Assembly (NCBI GenBank): GCA_963682135.1
Contig: OY821645.1
Coordinates: 1,248,001-1,312,000 of the forward strand
Length of the DNA stretch: 64,000 nucleotides
Source of the DNA: Methanothrix sp.
GTDB lineage: Archaea; Halobacteriota; Methanosarcinia; Methanotrichales; Methanotrichaceae
Reading direction: 5' to 3'
Shown here piece by piece: positions 1 to 10,477 of the stretch. Under the pieces are notes generated by a model that was given only the letters and a program-made list of their open reading frames with translations, did not search any database and was not told where the DNA came from. The position numbers were made by a program, and so were the translations under genes. Each line of letters starts with the position of its first letter. The first letter of the stretch is position 1.

Positions 1-1
1 C

Positions 2-724
2 TCTCGACACGGCCAAAAAGGGGTAATCGGATTGATCGTGCCCCAGGAGGATATGCCCTTCACGGAATCCGGCATGGTGCCCGACCTACTGCTGAATCCT
101 CATGCTATTCCCTCTCGAATGACTGTGGGCCACGTCCTGGAGATGATCGGTGGAAAGGTTGGATCATTAGAGGGCAGATTCGTGGACGCCACCGCCTTCC
201 TGGGCGAGAACGAGCCGGATTTGCGCGGCGCTTTGAAGAAGTTCGGCTTCTCCCATACCGGCAGAGAAATCCTTTACAATGGAGCTACGGGTATGCAAAT
301 CATGGCTGACCTCTTCGTGGGAGTGATTCTCTATCAGAAGCTCTATCACATGGTCACCGGCAAGATGCATGCCCGTTCCCGCGGACCGGTGCAGGTCTTA
401 ACCCGCCAACCCACTGAAGGTCGTGCTCGCGAGGGTGGTCTGCGGTTTGGTGAGATGGAGAGAGATGTGCTCATAGCTCATGGCGCAGCCTTGGCTCTGA
501 AAGAGCGTCTGGTTGATGAGTCGGATAAAGTTACGGAGCTTGTTTGCAGCCACTGCGGCATGATCGCTATCCATGATAGGCGCAGAAATGCGGACTTCTG
601 CCCGACCTGCGGTGCGGATACGGAGATCTACCCCGTGGAGATGAGCTATGCCTTCAAGCTACTGCTCGACGAGATAAAATCATTAGGTGTAGCACCGCGG
701 CTAATCCTGGAAGACGCGGTTTAG
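2..724 (+). CDS. rpoB1: DNA-directed RNA polymerase subunit B' (Rpo2 C-terminal part), 5'-truncated by the window edge
   Basis: Frame is open from position 2 (SRHGQKG...). Motifs [26 protein letters not shown] and a C-terminal Zn ribbon. Confidence 0.97.
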   Translation, partial: SRHGQKGVIGLIVPQEDMPFTESGMVPDLLLNPHAIPSRMTVGHVLEMIGGKVGSLEGRFVDATAFLGENEPDLRGALKKFGFSHTGREILYNGATGMQIMADLFVGVILYQKLYHMVTGKMHARSRGPVQVLTRQPTEGRAREGGLRFGEMERDVLIAHGAALALKERLVDESDKVTELVCSHCGMIAIHDRRRNADFCPTCGADTEIYPVEMSYAFKLLLDEIKSLGVAPRLILEDAV

Positions 725-732
725 GTGGAAAT

Positions 733-3360
733 ATGACGGTCCCCAAGAGAATTGGCAAGATCCGCTTCGGCCTCATCTCGCCACAAGAGTTTCGCAAGAT
801 GAGCGTAGTAAAGATCATTACCGCGGATACATACGACGACGATGGTTTTCCTATTGAAATGGGTCTCATGGACCCCCGGCTGGGTGTCATCGATCCGGGG
901 CTGCGCTGCCGATCCTGCGGCGGTCGGCCCGGTGAGTGTCCCGGACACTTCGGCCATATCGACTTGATTGCCCCTGTTATTCACGTGGGCTTCGCTAAAT
1001 TGATCAGAAAGGTGCTGAGGGGCATCTGCAGAGATTGCTCGCGTCTCATGCTCAAAGAAAATGATAAGAAGATGTACCTGGGGCAAATTCAAGAACTTGA
1101 GCGATTGGGGCAGATGACTGACGACACAGTCAATAAGGTCTTCTCAGAGGCACGCAAGAACAAGACTTGCCCCTATTGTGGAGCACCCCAGAAGGAAATC
1201 AAATTCGAACGGCCCCTCTCGTATATCGAAGATGGCCACAAGCTCACTGCATCAGACATTCGTGATAGATTCGAAAAGGTCCCTGATGAAGATATTGCCG
1301 TCATGGGCATGAATCCAGCGACTGCACGCCCGGAATGGATCATCCTAACTGTGCTGCCCGTGCCGCCCGTTACCATGCGCCCCTCCATCACTCTGGAGTC
1401 CGGCCAGAGGAGCGAAGATGATCTCACTCATAAGCTGGTGGACATCATCAGGATCAACCAGCGTTTCCAGGAGAACCGCGAGGCAGGCGCACCCCAACTG
1501 ATCATTGAAGATCTTTGGGAGCTACTGCAGTATCATGTTACCACATTCCTGGATAATACCGTTTCCGGCGTGCCGCCCGCCCGTCATCGCAGCGGCCGGC
1601 CACTAAAAACGCTCTCCCAGAGGCTGAAGGGTAAAGAAGGACGTTTCCGAGGATCACTATCAGGAAAGCGCGTCAACTTCAGCGCCAGGACGGTCATCTC
1701 TCCTGACCCCAATCTCAGCATTGGTGAGGTAGGCGTGCCTATGGAGATAGCCATGGAGCTGTCCGTGCCCATGATTGCCAACGCCCGAAACATGGAAATT
1801 GTTAAGACCTTTGTGAGGCGTGGACCGGAACGACATCCGGGCGTGAATTATGCCACCAGGCCCGACCAGAGGCGTGTCAAGGTCACAGAAAAGAACTGCG
1901 AGGAGGTTGCCGAGCAGATCGACATCGGCTGGAAGATAGACAGACAGCTTGCCGACGGCGATATAGTCCTCTTCAACCGCCAGCCCTCCCTGCATAGAAT
2001 GTCCATCATGTCCCATCGCGTCAAGGTCATGCCCTACAAGACCTTCCGGCTCAATCCGGCCGTCTGCCCTCCCTACAACGCAGACTTCGACGGGGATGAG
2101 ATGAACATGCACGTGCCTCAAACCGAGGAGGCGCGTGCCGAGGCCGAGATCCTCATGCGCGTGCAGGAGAACATTCTCTCGCCCAGATTCGGCGGTCCTA
2201 TCATCGGCGGTATACACGACTATGTGACAGGCTCATTTCTGCTCACACATGGCAGGAAGCCCATCGATCGGCGGGGTGTTATGGAGCTTCTCAAGAAGTT
2301 CAATATTCCCGAGCTGCCGAAGCCCGAGGGTGTAATAGATGGCAAGCCCTACTGGACAGGAAAGCAGGTATTCAGTCTCGTCCTGCCGCGGGGCCTGGAC
2401 CTATCGTTTAAGGCCGATTTCTGCTATAACTGCGATGTCTGCAAAGGTGCTGATTGCGAGAACGATGCCTTTGTGATAATTGTTGACGGCCAGCTCTTGA
2501 AGGGTACCATTGACGCCGAGGCAGTGGGCGCTTTCAAAGGCAAGATAACAGACAGAATAATAAAGGAGTACAGTCCCTCCGTGGCAAGCGAGTTCCTGGA
2601 TCGGATGACCCTACTTGCGCTGCGGGGCATCATGCATGCGGGATTCTCCTTCGGTATAGATGATGAGGACATCCCCAAGGCTGCCGTGGATCAGATTGAG
2701 GAGACAACCAGAACCGCTCGCGAGAAGAGCCGGCAACTCATCGAGGCCTACAACGCAGGCGAACTGGAGCCCCTGCCCGGCAGGACTCTTGATGAGACCC
2801 TGGAGATGAGGATCATGCAGACACTGGGAAAGGCCAGGGATACAGCAGGTAAGATTGCCGGCCGTCACCTGGGACTGGACAACTCCGGAGTGGTCATGGC
2901 TGTGAGCGGAGCGCGAGGCAGCATGCTCAACCTCACCCAGATGGCAGCATGTGTCGGCCAGCAATCGGTGCGCGGCGAGCGCATCATGCGTGGTTATGCC
3001 GGCAGAACGCTCCCTCACTTCCGACCAGGAGACCTCGGCGCAGAAGCGCACGGCTTCGTGGAGTCAAGCTACAAAGGCGGCCTCAATCCCACAGAGTTCT
3101 TCTTCCACGCCATCGGTGGTCGCGAGGGTCTGGTGGATACGGCCATCAGGACATCCCAGAGCGGATACCTGCAGCGCCGGCTGGTAAATGCTCTGCAGGA
3201 CCTGGAGGTAAGGTACGACGGCACAGTCAAGGAGACGAGGGGCATGATTGTCCAGTTCCAGTACGGCGAAGACGGCGTGGATGCATCCCGGCGAGACTAC
3301 GCCAGTACAGACAACGTCAAGCGCATCATCAAGAGTGTGCTGAAGAAGGAGTCGGCATGA
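733..3360 (+). CDS. rpoA1: DNA-directed RNA polymerase subunit A' (Rpo1N)
   Basis: Catalytic NADFDGD motif, [27 protein letters not shown]; 875 aa. Confidence 0.98.
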   Translation: MTVPKRIGKIRFGLISPQEFRKMSVVKIITADTYDDDGFPIEMGLMDPRLGVIDPGLRCRSCGGRPGECPGHFGHIDLIAPVIHVGFAKLIRKVLRGICRDCSRLMLKENDKKMYLGQIQELERLGQMTDDTVNKVFSEARKNKTCPYCGAPQKEIKFERPLSYIEDGHKLTASDIRDRFEKVPDEDIAVMGMNPATARPEWIILTVLPVPPVTMRPSITLESGQRSEDDLTHKLVDIIRINQRFQENREAGAPQLIIEDLWELLQYHVTTFLDNTVSGVPPARHRSGRPLKTLSQRLKGKEGRFRGSLSGKRVNFSARTVISPDPNLSIGEVGVPMEIAMELSVPMIANARNMEIVKTFVRRGPERHPGVNYATRPDQRRVKVTEKNCEEVAEQIDIGWKIDRQLADGDIVLFNRQPSLHRMSIMSHRVKVMPYKTFRLNPAVCPPYNADFDGDEMNMHVPQTEEARAEAEILMRVQENILSPRFGGPIIGGIHDYVTGSFLLTHGRKPIDRRGVMELLKKFNIPELPKPEGVIDGKPYWTGKQVFSLVLPRGLDLSFKADFCYNCDVCKGADCENDAFVIIVDGQLLKGTIDAEAVGAFKGKITDRIIKEYSPSVASEFLDRMTLLALRGIMHAGFSFGIDDEDIPKAAVDQIEETTRTAREKSRQLIEAYNAGELEPLPGRTLDETLEMRIMQTLGKARDTAGKIAGRHLGLDNSGVVMAVSGARGSMLNLTQMAACVGQQSVRGERIMRGYAGRTLPHFRPGDLGAEAHGFVESSYKGGLNPTEFFFHAIGGREGLVDTAIRTSQSGYLQRRLVNALQDLEVRYDGTVKETRGMIVQFQYGEDGVDASRRDYASTDNVKRIIKSVLKKESA

Positions 3361-4496
3361 TCCTCACAGAAAAAGACATCACAGAGAAGCTAGTGGAGCT
3401 TGACCTTCCCCCGAGCATCAAGGAAGCAATAGAAAACGGGCTAAAAGGAGCTACAATAAGTTCAGAGCAACTGGAGGATATCACATCCCAGGTGGCCTCT
3501 GACTACGAGCACTCCAAAGTCGAGCCATGCGAAGCGGTGGGCGTTGTCGCGGCCCAGTCCATTGGTGAACCCGGCACTCAGATGACCATGCGTACTTTCC
3601 ACTACGCAGGCGTAGCTGAGATCAACGTAACCCTGGGTTTGCCGAGACTCATAGAGATTGTGGACGCGAGAAAGATTCCCTCCACACCTACTATGACCAT
3701 AAAGCTTAATCAGGATTATGCCCACGATCGTGACCTGGCAAGAGAAGTGGCCTGGGCCATAGAGTCCACCTCCATTCTCCACCTGGGATCCATAGCCACC
3801 GATCTAGCAGAGATGAATGTAATCATTGAGTTGAATCCCAGTGCAATGGAGCAGCGCAAGATCACTGCAGAAGAGGTCGCTTCAAGATTGAAAGAGGAAA
3901 CCGGTCTTAATGTAGATCAAAAAGAGAACCTGCTGGTGATGGTCCCCAAGGAACCCTCTTACCGTGAGCTACTACAACTGGTGGAGAAGATCAAGAGGCT
4001 ATCGCTCAAAGGCGTGGAGGGCATCAAGCGCGTCGTCATCCGCAAAGAAGGCGATGAATACATCCTTTACACAGAAGGCTCTTCGATCAAGAAGGTCATG
4101 CAGTTTGAGGGAGTGGACCCCGCTCGCATCAAGACCAATAATATAAGTGAGATCGGAGAAGTGCTTGGCATCGAGGCGGCACGAAATGCCATCATAAATG
4201 AAGCCACGGACACGCTACGCGAGCAGGGTCTCTCAGTAGATGTGCGACACATCATGTTGGTGGCGGACATCATGACCGTAGACGGAGAGCTAAAACAGAT
4301 AGGACGACATGGCGTCTCAGGCGAAAAGGCCAGTGTGCTGGCCAGAGCTGCCTTCGAGGTCACGGTCAACCATATTCTGGATGCGGCCATTCGCGGGGAC
4401 GTAGACGATCTAAAAGGTGTGACGGAGAACGTAATCGTTGGCCAGCCCATACAGCTTGGCACGGGCGACGTTACCCTGGTGGCAATAAAGAGATGA
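3357..4496 (+). CDS. rpoA2: DNA-directed RNA polymerase subunit A'' (Rpo1C)
   Basis: [18 protein letters not shown] and GLPRLIE motifs. Start is taken at ATG 3357, overlapping the rpoA1 stop (ATGA), not the ORF-track start at 2949. Confidence 0.97.
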   Translation: MILTEKDITEKLVELDLPPSIKEAIENGLKGATISSEQLEDITSQVASDYEHSKVEPCEAVGVVAAQSIGEPGTQMTMRTFHYAGVAEINVTLGLPRLIEIVDARKIPSTPTMTIKLNQDYAHDRDLAREVAWAIESTSILHLGSIATDLAEMNVIIELNPSAMEQRKITAEEVASRLKEETGLNVDQKENLLVMVPKEPSYRELLQLVEKIKRLSLKGVEGIKRVVIRKEGDEYILYTEGSSIKKVMQFEGVDPARIKTNNISEIGEVLGIEAARNAIINEATDTLREQGLSVDVRHIMLVADIMTVDGELKQIGRHGVSGEKASVLARAAFEVTVNHILDAAIRGDVDDLKGVTENVIVGQPIQLGTGDVTLVAIKR

Positions 4497-4506
4497 GGTA
4501 ATAACG

Positions 4507-4815
4507 ATGATAAACGTAGATAGAGCCCTAAGAAGTTCCATCAGAACCGGAAAAGTGGTGCTAGGATCGAATAGGACCGTTGAAACAGGACTTGACGGAC
4601 AGGCTAAACTCATAGTGTTCGCGGTAGACTGTCCTATGGATGTAAGGATGCAACTGGAGACCATAGACGTCCCAGTCTACGGTTACCAGGGTATGGGCAA
4701 GGACCTCGGATCTGCCTGCGGGAAACCCTTCTCCGTGGCCGCCTTGGCCATCATCGAGCCAGGTGACTCGGAGATAATGGCACTGCAGCGCGAGATCCGA
4801 GGTGTTGAGGCATGA
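4507..4815 (+). CDS. rpl30e: 50S ribosomal protein L30e
   Basis: TGKVVLGS...LGSACGKPFSVAALAIIEPGDS; canonical position after rpoA2. Confidence 0.95.
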   Translation: MINVDRALRSSIRTGKVVLGSNRTVETGLDGQAKLIVFAVDCPMDVRMQLETIDVPVYGYQGMGKDLGSACGKPFSVAALAIIEPGDSEIMALQREIRGVEA

Positions 4816-5243
4816 GTGAGTTTAAGCTCACCACCGAAGGAATCAGATATATTGCTTTGTTCGAGAGCCTGACGGGCGGCATGGCCAGAGATTGCGTCGT
4901 AGATGCGGAGAACGAACGCATCATTTTTGTCATAAAAAAAGGAGATATGGGCGCAGCCATAGGCCGAAAGGGCTCAAACATCAACCGGGTCAAGAAGTCG
5001 GTAGGAAAGCAGATAGAGATCGTCGAGTACAGCGACGATGTAAAGGAATTCTTGGAGAACCTCTTCCAGCCGGCGGCCATAAAGAATGTTATGGTCGTTG
5101 ACAAGAACAATAAGCGATTGGCTTATGTAGAGGTAGCAAATAAGGACAAAGGCATTGCCATCGGCAGAGATGGCAGAAACATACTAAAAGCCAAGATGCT
5201 TGCGCAGAGGCATCACGGCGTTGATGATATCATAATTCAATAA
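4812..5243 (+). CDS. nusA: Archaeal NusA (KH-domain transcription factor)
   Basis: Two KH motifs (AIGRKGSN, AIGRDGRN); conserved operon position. Confidence 0.94.
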   Translation: MSEFKLTTEGIRYIALFESLTGGMARDCVVDAENERIIFVIKKGDMGAAIGRKGSNINRVKKSVGKQIEIVEYSDDVKEFLENLFQPAAIKNVMVVDKNNKRLAYVEVANKDKGIAIGRDGRNILKAKMLAQRHHGVDDIIIQ

Positions 5244-5272
5244 CGGTTTGCGATTTACTCAAGGTGAAATAA

Positions 5273-5701
5273 ATGGGAAATGGAATCTATGCCGCCAGGA
5301 AACTGGAGAGTGATAGGAAGGCGCTCCGGTGGAGCGATCCTAAGTATATCCGAAGGATGTCGGGGAGCAAGATGAAGGCTGACCCCCTGGGTGGAGCGCC
5401 TATGGGACGGGGAATAGTTCTCGAGAAGGTCGGAATTGAGGCTAAGCAGCCCAACTCAGCCATAAGAAAGGCGGTGCGCATACAGCTCATCAAGAATGGC
5501 CGTCAGGTTACAGCTTTTGCTCCGGGCGATGGAGCCATCGGATTCATAGATGAGCATGACGAGGTCACTGTCGATCGTATCGGCGGTCGTCAGGGACGGT
5601 CCATGGGAGATATCCCTGGAGTCAGATTCAAGGTTATCGCTGTCAATAATGTCTCCTTGCTGGAGCTTGTCCGAGGGAGAAAGGAAAAGCCGGTGAGGTG
5701 A
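5273..5701 (+). CDS. rps12: 30S ribosomal protein S12 (uS12)
   Basis: [11 protein letters not shown] and [10 protein letters not shown] motifs. Confidence 0.97.
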   Translation: MGNGIYAARKLESDRKALRWSDPKYIRRMSGSKMKADPLGGAPMGRGIVLEKVGIEAKQPNSAIRKAVRIQLIKNGRQVTAFAPGDGAIGFIDEHDEVTVDRIGGRQGRSMGDIPGVRFKVIAVNNVSLLELVRGRKEKPVR

Positions 5702-6264
5702 TTATTGTGAAGCTATTCGGCAAGTGGGATGCATCTGAGGTCGAGGTTGCAGACCCGAGCACCAAGGGCTATATGAACCTGGCATCCAAGTCAGTCATGA
5801 TTTCGGGCGGCAAGCATGCCAAGCAGCAGTTCAAGAAGTCCGAGCAGCACATCGTAGAGCGCCTGGTAAACAAGATGATGAGAACGGAGAAGAACACAGG
5901 CAAGAAGCTCAAGGCCTACGGCATAGTCGAGAGTGCGTTCGAGATAGTTGCCAAGAAGACCAAGGAGAACCCGCTATCCGTTCTGGCCAAGGCCATAGCC
6001 AACGCCGGACCGCGAGAAGAGGTTGTCCGTCTCAAGTACGGCGGCATTACTGTGCCCAAAGCCGTGGATACATCTCCTCAGAGACGTGTGGACACGGCCC
6101 TCATGTTCCTGACCAAGGGAGCACATGCTGCATCCTTTAAGAAAACCAAGAAGGCTGATGTCGCTCTGGCGGATGAGATCATATCCGCAGCCAACCGCGA
6201 TGTCAAGAGCTACGCCATCAACCACAGGGATAGTGTGGAGCGCGTGGCCAAAGCAGCCAGGTAA
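5698..6264 (+). CDS. rps7: 30S ribosomal protein S7 (uS7)
   Basis: [29 protein letters not shown]; follows S12. The start may be GTG 5698 or 5707. Confidence 0.96.
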   Translation: MIIVKLFGKWDASEVEVADPSTKGYMNLASKSVMISGGKHAKQQFKKSEQHIVERLVNKMMRTEKNTGKKLKAYGIVESAFEIVAKKTKENPLSVLAKAIANAGPREEVVRLKYGGITVPKAVDTSPQRRVDTALMFLTKGAHAASFKKTKKADVALADEIISAANRDVKSYAINHRDSVERVAKAAR

Positions 6265-6283
6265 TCCGATTTCTAGCGAGAAA

Positions 6284-6324
6284 GATAGGCGCGGGAAAGG
6301 CCGCGTCTGTCAAGTCATTTTTTT
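6284..6324 (+). terminator. Putative terminator of the rpo/S12/S7 cluster
   Basis: 11-bp stem GATAGGCGCGG/CCGCGTCTGTC (two G-U pairs) followed by a T7 run at 6318-6324, about 20 nt after the rps7 stop. Confidence 0.6.
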
Positions 6325-6331
6325 AGCCGTT

Positions 6332-6617
6332 TAGATTTCCAGACCGGCAGGAACGAGTTGATTTACCCAGGTACTCAAGTCTGCATCAGCTTCACCCTTC
6401 TTTCTATCGTCAAGAATGCACTTGACCGTTATTGCATCGTCATATGTCTCCGGATCCGTGCAAAGTACTTATGTGGTTCATCTGGAAGAGACATGGCAGA
6501 TATTTCCATTAAGCCCAGCATTACTTCGTCTTTGGACATATCAGCATCAGATCTATAGGAGATCGTTCTCCTTGTCAGTTTTTCGTCATGCTCGCACGCG
6601 AGGATGGCAAAAGTCAT
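6332..6617 (-). pseudogene. Probable degraded hypothetical gene, third in the nuclease/glycosylase cassette
   Basis: ATG 6617 overlaps the frame-restored stop of the upstream gene. A 62-aa ORF plus a protein-like stretch in another frame (TDPETYDDAITVKCILDDRKK...GLEI*) suggests frameshift decay. Confidence 0.35.
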
Positions 6618-7458
6618 GGGCTGGCCATATTTGACCGGGCAAATTTTATAAAGTCTTCCTGACGGCGTCCGATAGATCCAATCTCCGGATCGGCATAAAG
6701 TTCCCGCTACCGATCAGCCAGAATATTTTATCCAAGGCATATGGTGTGACTTTAGCATTTCTAGCCACGCGGATGATTGCCTTAAACAATTTATAGTCAT
6801 CAATACCCTCATCACATAGCGCAAGAGCCGTGAATATATCTCGTAAATGTACGTCCGGTTTGGGAAAATTGACGTATCCGAGTTCCTTTAGGAAATTGCA
6901 GGAAAGGGCAAATCCGAATCCTTCGATCTCATGATCCAGAAGCATGGGCAGGCATGCCCTTGATCGATCGTCTCGATCAAAATAGTCGGCCCATTTGAAG
7001 AATTCATCTGCTGAATCAAACTGATCGATAAATTCAGCAGCAGAAAGGATTGTTTGGCAGTAGCGGGGCCAAATGCTTCTCGAAGTTCTGCGAATCTTGC
7101 CCCGTGGTTTTAGCTTTTCCACGATCTGATCGAGGACTGCTTCCCAGTTACTTGCATATGTTTTCAATACATATTCCGGGTCGAAACCATTTGAGATCAA
7201 GGCCAGCCTGTCCACTCCACCGATCGCATCTCCAATAACATTGGCTTTCATATTGGCATTCTGCGCGGAGTCAAGCAGTCGATGGTAAAGGTCATTCTTC
7301 GACGATGGTTTGGGACGGGAAGATGGTAGATTCTGATATTTCTCGACAATTATTTCGGTAACACCAGGTATCGTCAGCAGATAGCCTCTTGCTAGTTCGT
7401 AAGCCTTCCGATCCATCTCAGGAGTTGTATTCATCTTATTCGACCTTGCATTCTTCAT
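6614..7458 (-). CDS. HhH-superfamily DNA-glycosylase-like hypothetical protein, apparently frameshifted near the C-terminus (ORF as written ends at 6646)
   Basis: HhH-like IEGFGFALSCNFLKELG followed by KPDVH and a later LDKIFWLIGSG. Adding one T at about 6698 gives ...GNFYADPEIGSIGRRQEDFIKFARSNMASP*, ending in an ATGA overlap at 6614-6617. Confidence 0.55.
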
Positions 7459-7871
7459 TTGGGAGCATCATCGCCACGGCCAATGCGATCCCACTTATTG
7501 CGATAATCATCCTTATCATATGCCGCTATTTCGAGCCAATGAGAAACCTTTCCATTCTTCTCGCCTCTATGAATCCCTCCCAAAACTTCCGAGGGAAGCA
7601 TAATAAATGCACACGGCTCCTGAACTACATTTATTACTATGATCCAAAAATCACCCATGATCTTGTCCAAACTGGCACCGATAGGAACTGGGTTGCACTT
7701 GCTCAATGCCTTGACTTGCAGCTTCAAAAAGCGCAATCCGTCTGTGCTATATGCTATAATGTCGATACCGCGCGCATTACGGGATGTGGGCATGACATTC
7801 CAGCCCATGCGAGACAGTTGATAACACGTATAAAATAGACCGGAGTTTCCTGTTATTTGTTTTTCAGGCAT
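7455..7871 (-). CDS. PD-(D/E)XK-superfamily endonuclease-like protein
   Basis: GWNV...GIDIIA...LQVK pattern typical of small restriction-like/Hjc-like nucleases; overlaps the next gene by 4 nt. Confidence 0.65.
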   Translation of the reverse strand: MPEKQITGNSGLFYTCYQLSRMGWNVMPTSRNARGIDIIAYSTDGLRFLKLQVKALSKCNPVPIGASLDKIMGDFWIIVINVVQEPCAFIMLPSEVLGGIHRGEKNGKVSHWLEIAAYDKDDYRNKWDRIGRGDDAPK

Positions 7872-7938
7872 ATTCTTGATCTCTCCTTCAGTCAGATCTC
7901 GATACTCGTAGGCTAGAGTCTGTGTTCTTCCGGAATAT

Positions 7939-9003
7939 TTATTTAAACCTCTTTATAAACGACTTATCAATCCAGCTCTTCAGCGAGTAGATCAGCCTCG
8001 TCGGCACGCCGATGCAGGTCTTGCCCACCACGCCAACAGCGCAATCCGCGCCCAAGGATATCAGCGCCACCTGGCTGTCTGTGCTGGCCCGAACCGAATA
8101 TTTCTCGAAGGTTTGGCCTTTGATCATGTTTCTGAAATGGCGGGCCAGGTACTTGGCCTGTCGCTCCGCTTCCAGGCCGGTCTTGGTGGCAAGCCTACCA
8201 TCGACCTCGATCCAGGCGCAGTCGCCCATAGCAAAGATATTGCCTTTGGCATTGAGGTGATCGTCCACCAGTATCCAGCCATTCTTCTTGGGCAGGTCCA
8301 GATCCTGGATGAATGGAGAAGGTTTGACTCCTGCCGTCCAGATGGCCATGTCGCAGTCCAGGCTGGAGCCGTCCGTGAAGTTGATGCAGTCCGGCTTGAC
8401 CTCGGCGACCTGGGTGGAAGTGAGGATGTTTACACCCTTCTTGGAGAGCGCCTTTTCCACAAGCCCGGAGGTCTGCGCTGAGAATAGGGGCAAGACCCGC
8501 TCCCTGGCTTCGATAATATAGATGCTGGCGTCCATGCTTTCGGCCAGAATAGACGCTGCCTCCACGCCGGTGAGGCCGGAACCCATGATCATGATGCGCT
8601 CAGGATAGTTATCTTCCACGTAGCGACGCGCCCTTTTAGTCTCCTCGAGAGTGTTGATGGAAAACGTATTCTCGACGCCCTTGATGCCGAAGTAGTTCTG
8701 AGCAGCGCCGGTAGCCACCACCACATAGTCAAACTCAACTTGCGACTTCTCACAGACAACGGTGTTGCCCTCCAGGCGCAGGGCCTTTTCTTGAATGTGT
8801 ACGGCACCCAAGCGCTCGCAAAATGGCTTGAGAGGGGCTGCCAGATCCTGCAGCCTGGCCACTCCCCCCAGGTATTCGGGATACAGGGCCTGCATCTCCA
8901 CCTGCTTCTTGGGCTCAATCAATGTGAACTGCAGAGGGCAGGGTGAGGCGACTCTAATCAACTCTGCACCGGCTATGCCTCCTCCAATGACAGCAACCTT
9001 CAT
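7939..9003 (-). CDS. FAD-dependent pyridine nucleotide-disulfide oxidoreductase (NDH-2-like)
   Basis: Two Rossmann motifs (VIGGGIAG, MGSGLTGVE), VATGA, IWTAGV, FAMGDCA. Confidence 0.85.
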   Translation of the reverse strand: MKVAVIGGGIAGAELIRVASPCPLQFTLIEPKKQVEMQALYPEYLGGVARLQDLAAPLKPFCERLGAVHIQEKALRLEGNTVVCEKSQVEFDYVVVATGAAQNYFGIKGVENTFSINTLEETKRARRYVEDNYPERIMIMGSGLTGVEAASILAESMDASIYIIEARERVLPLFSAQTSGLVEKALSKKGVNILTSTQVAEVKPDCINFTDGSSLDCDMAIWTAGVKPSPFIQDLDLPKKNGWILVDDHLNAKGNIFAMGDCAWIEVDGRLATKTGLEAERQAKYLARHFRNMIKGQTFEKYSVRASTDSQVALISLGADCAVGVVGKTCIGVPTRLIYSLKSWIDKSFIKRFK

Positions 9004-9111
9004 GATCTCGAAACCTCTCTGTTTTAGGTTTGAAACAAATCGGTTATAAATGCATCGTGCTCGGCAATTGCATACAATTTTATAATGGCATATTCATATC
9101 AGGCCGTTGAA

Positions 9112-9540
9112 ATGATCACCGTTTACTTCGACGGGCTGTGCTATCCCAAGAATCCCGGCGGGGTGGCCGCTTATGGCTATCTTGTCTACAAGGATAGCGA
9201 GCCGATCTGGCGCGGATTTGGCGGCGTGGGTGAGGGCAAAGGCATGACCAACAACGTGGCTGAGTATGAGGCGCTTATGGCAGCCGCTCAGTGGCTGGTC
9301 GATGAGGAGATCGAGGATAAGATCCTCATCAAAGGCGACTCTGAGCTGGTAATCAAACAGATGAAGGGCCAGTACAAAGTCTCTTCCGCCACCTCCAAGA
9401 AATATGTGCCCGAGATCAAGAGACTTCTGCAAGGAAAGGACGTCAGCTTCTCCTGGGTGCCGAGAGAGGAAAACGAGGAAGCGGACAAGCTCTCCCGGAT
9501 GGGTTACGAGAGCTACCTGCGCCGGAAAAGAGATAAGTAA
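9112..9540 (+). CDS. rnhA: Ribonuclease HI (archaeal type)
   Basis: Acidic catalytic residues in YFDG, NNVAEY, KGDSELV and NEEADKL; SWVPREEN. Start taken at ATG 9112. Confidence 0.92.
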   Translation: MITVYFDGLCYPKNPGGVAAYGYLVYKDSEPIWRGFGGVGEGKGMTNNVAEYEALMAAAQWLVDEEIEDKILIKGDSELVIKQMKGQYKVSSATSKKYVPEIKRLLQGKDVSFSWVPREENEEADKLSRMGYESYLRRKRDK

Positions 9541-9656
9541 CTCGCCTCAGGTGAGCGCATTCACACACAACAGCGCGTCCATCTGCGCTCGCGCGCCCTA
9601 CCGCGGGTACGGGGACTCAACGGGCAGGCCAGGGACACAATTAGAGCCACTGGCTA

Positions 9657-10367
9657 CTACTCATTTCTGCTTGTCTTCGTGCACAGATAGAGCGCAAAGA
9701 ATCCATGGCTTTGCTTCGCTTGTTCTATCTCAAAGCCCGCCCTCTCGATCATGCCCTGCATAATCCAGTCCATGGTGGAGTACTCCTTCTTTACATGATC
9801 AGAGATGCTGCTGGAAAAATTGGTCCCGGCCTTCTCTGCAGCCTTCGAGATAAAATCATCCAGGAATTTTTCGTGGCTTCTGGGATCAAAGGAGAAGACC
9901 ACATCCCGCAGGCAGAGCTTGCCGCCATCTGCCAGCAAGTCTGCCATTCGCAAGAGCGCGATCTGTTTCCAAAAGTCAGGAAGATGATGCAGAGCAATCT
10001 GACTGACGATGCCGTCCAGCGGCTCGCCCTCATGGCGGTAGGTGAGAAATCCGCCCGACAGAAATTCAACATTAGCAACGCCACGCGCCCCGGCCTTCTT
10101 CTCGGCATAGCGCAGCATGCCTGCCGAGAGGTCTACGGCGTAGACTTTGCGACAGCTACGGGCGGCGGCCAGGGCGAACTCGCCTGTGCCCGTGCCTATC
10201 TCCAGGATGCTCTGATCGGAACGCAAGTCGAGGAAGTTCAGGATCTCATCGATCTCGCCCTGAACATCTCGAAACTTTTGCATATTGCGGTCGTAAATCT
10301 CTGCCAGGGCGTCGAAGTCGGCGCCGGGGTGGTCGGGTTCGTGGTACTGCCAATCGGGGGAGGACAT
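9657..10367 (-). CDS. Class I SAM-dependent methyltransferase
   Basis: Motif I ILEIGTGTG, AVDLSAGML, ALHHLPD. Confidence 0.9.
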   Translation of the reverse strand: MSSPDWQYHEPDHPGADFDALAEIYDRNMQKFRDVQGEIDEILNFLDLRSDQSILEIGTGTGEFALAAARSCRKVYAVDLSAGMLRYAEKKAGARGVANVEFLSGGFLTYRHEGEPLDGIVSQIALHHLPDFWKQIALLRMADLLADGGKLCLRDVVFSFDPRSHEKFLDDFISKAAEKAGTNFSSSISDHVKKEYSTMDWIMQGMIERAGFEIEQAKQSHGFFALYLCTKTSRNE

Positions 10368-10477
10368 TTTTCTAAATCTCCATTGTATTTTTCACCATTA
10401 CTTTTGCGGATGGCATCAGGTCAATAAATTCTAGGATTCCCTAGACTCCATAGATTTAAATCATATTTATCCCGCGA

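Noticed and set aside
2949-3356. 136-aa N-terminal extension of rpoA2 in the ORF track
   Set aside because: It overlaps rpoA1 in another frame. The real start is ATG 3357, with an ATGA overlap and an upstream GGAG.
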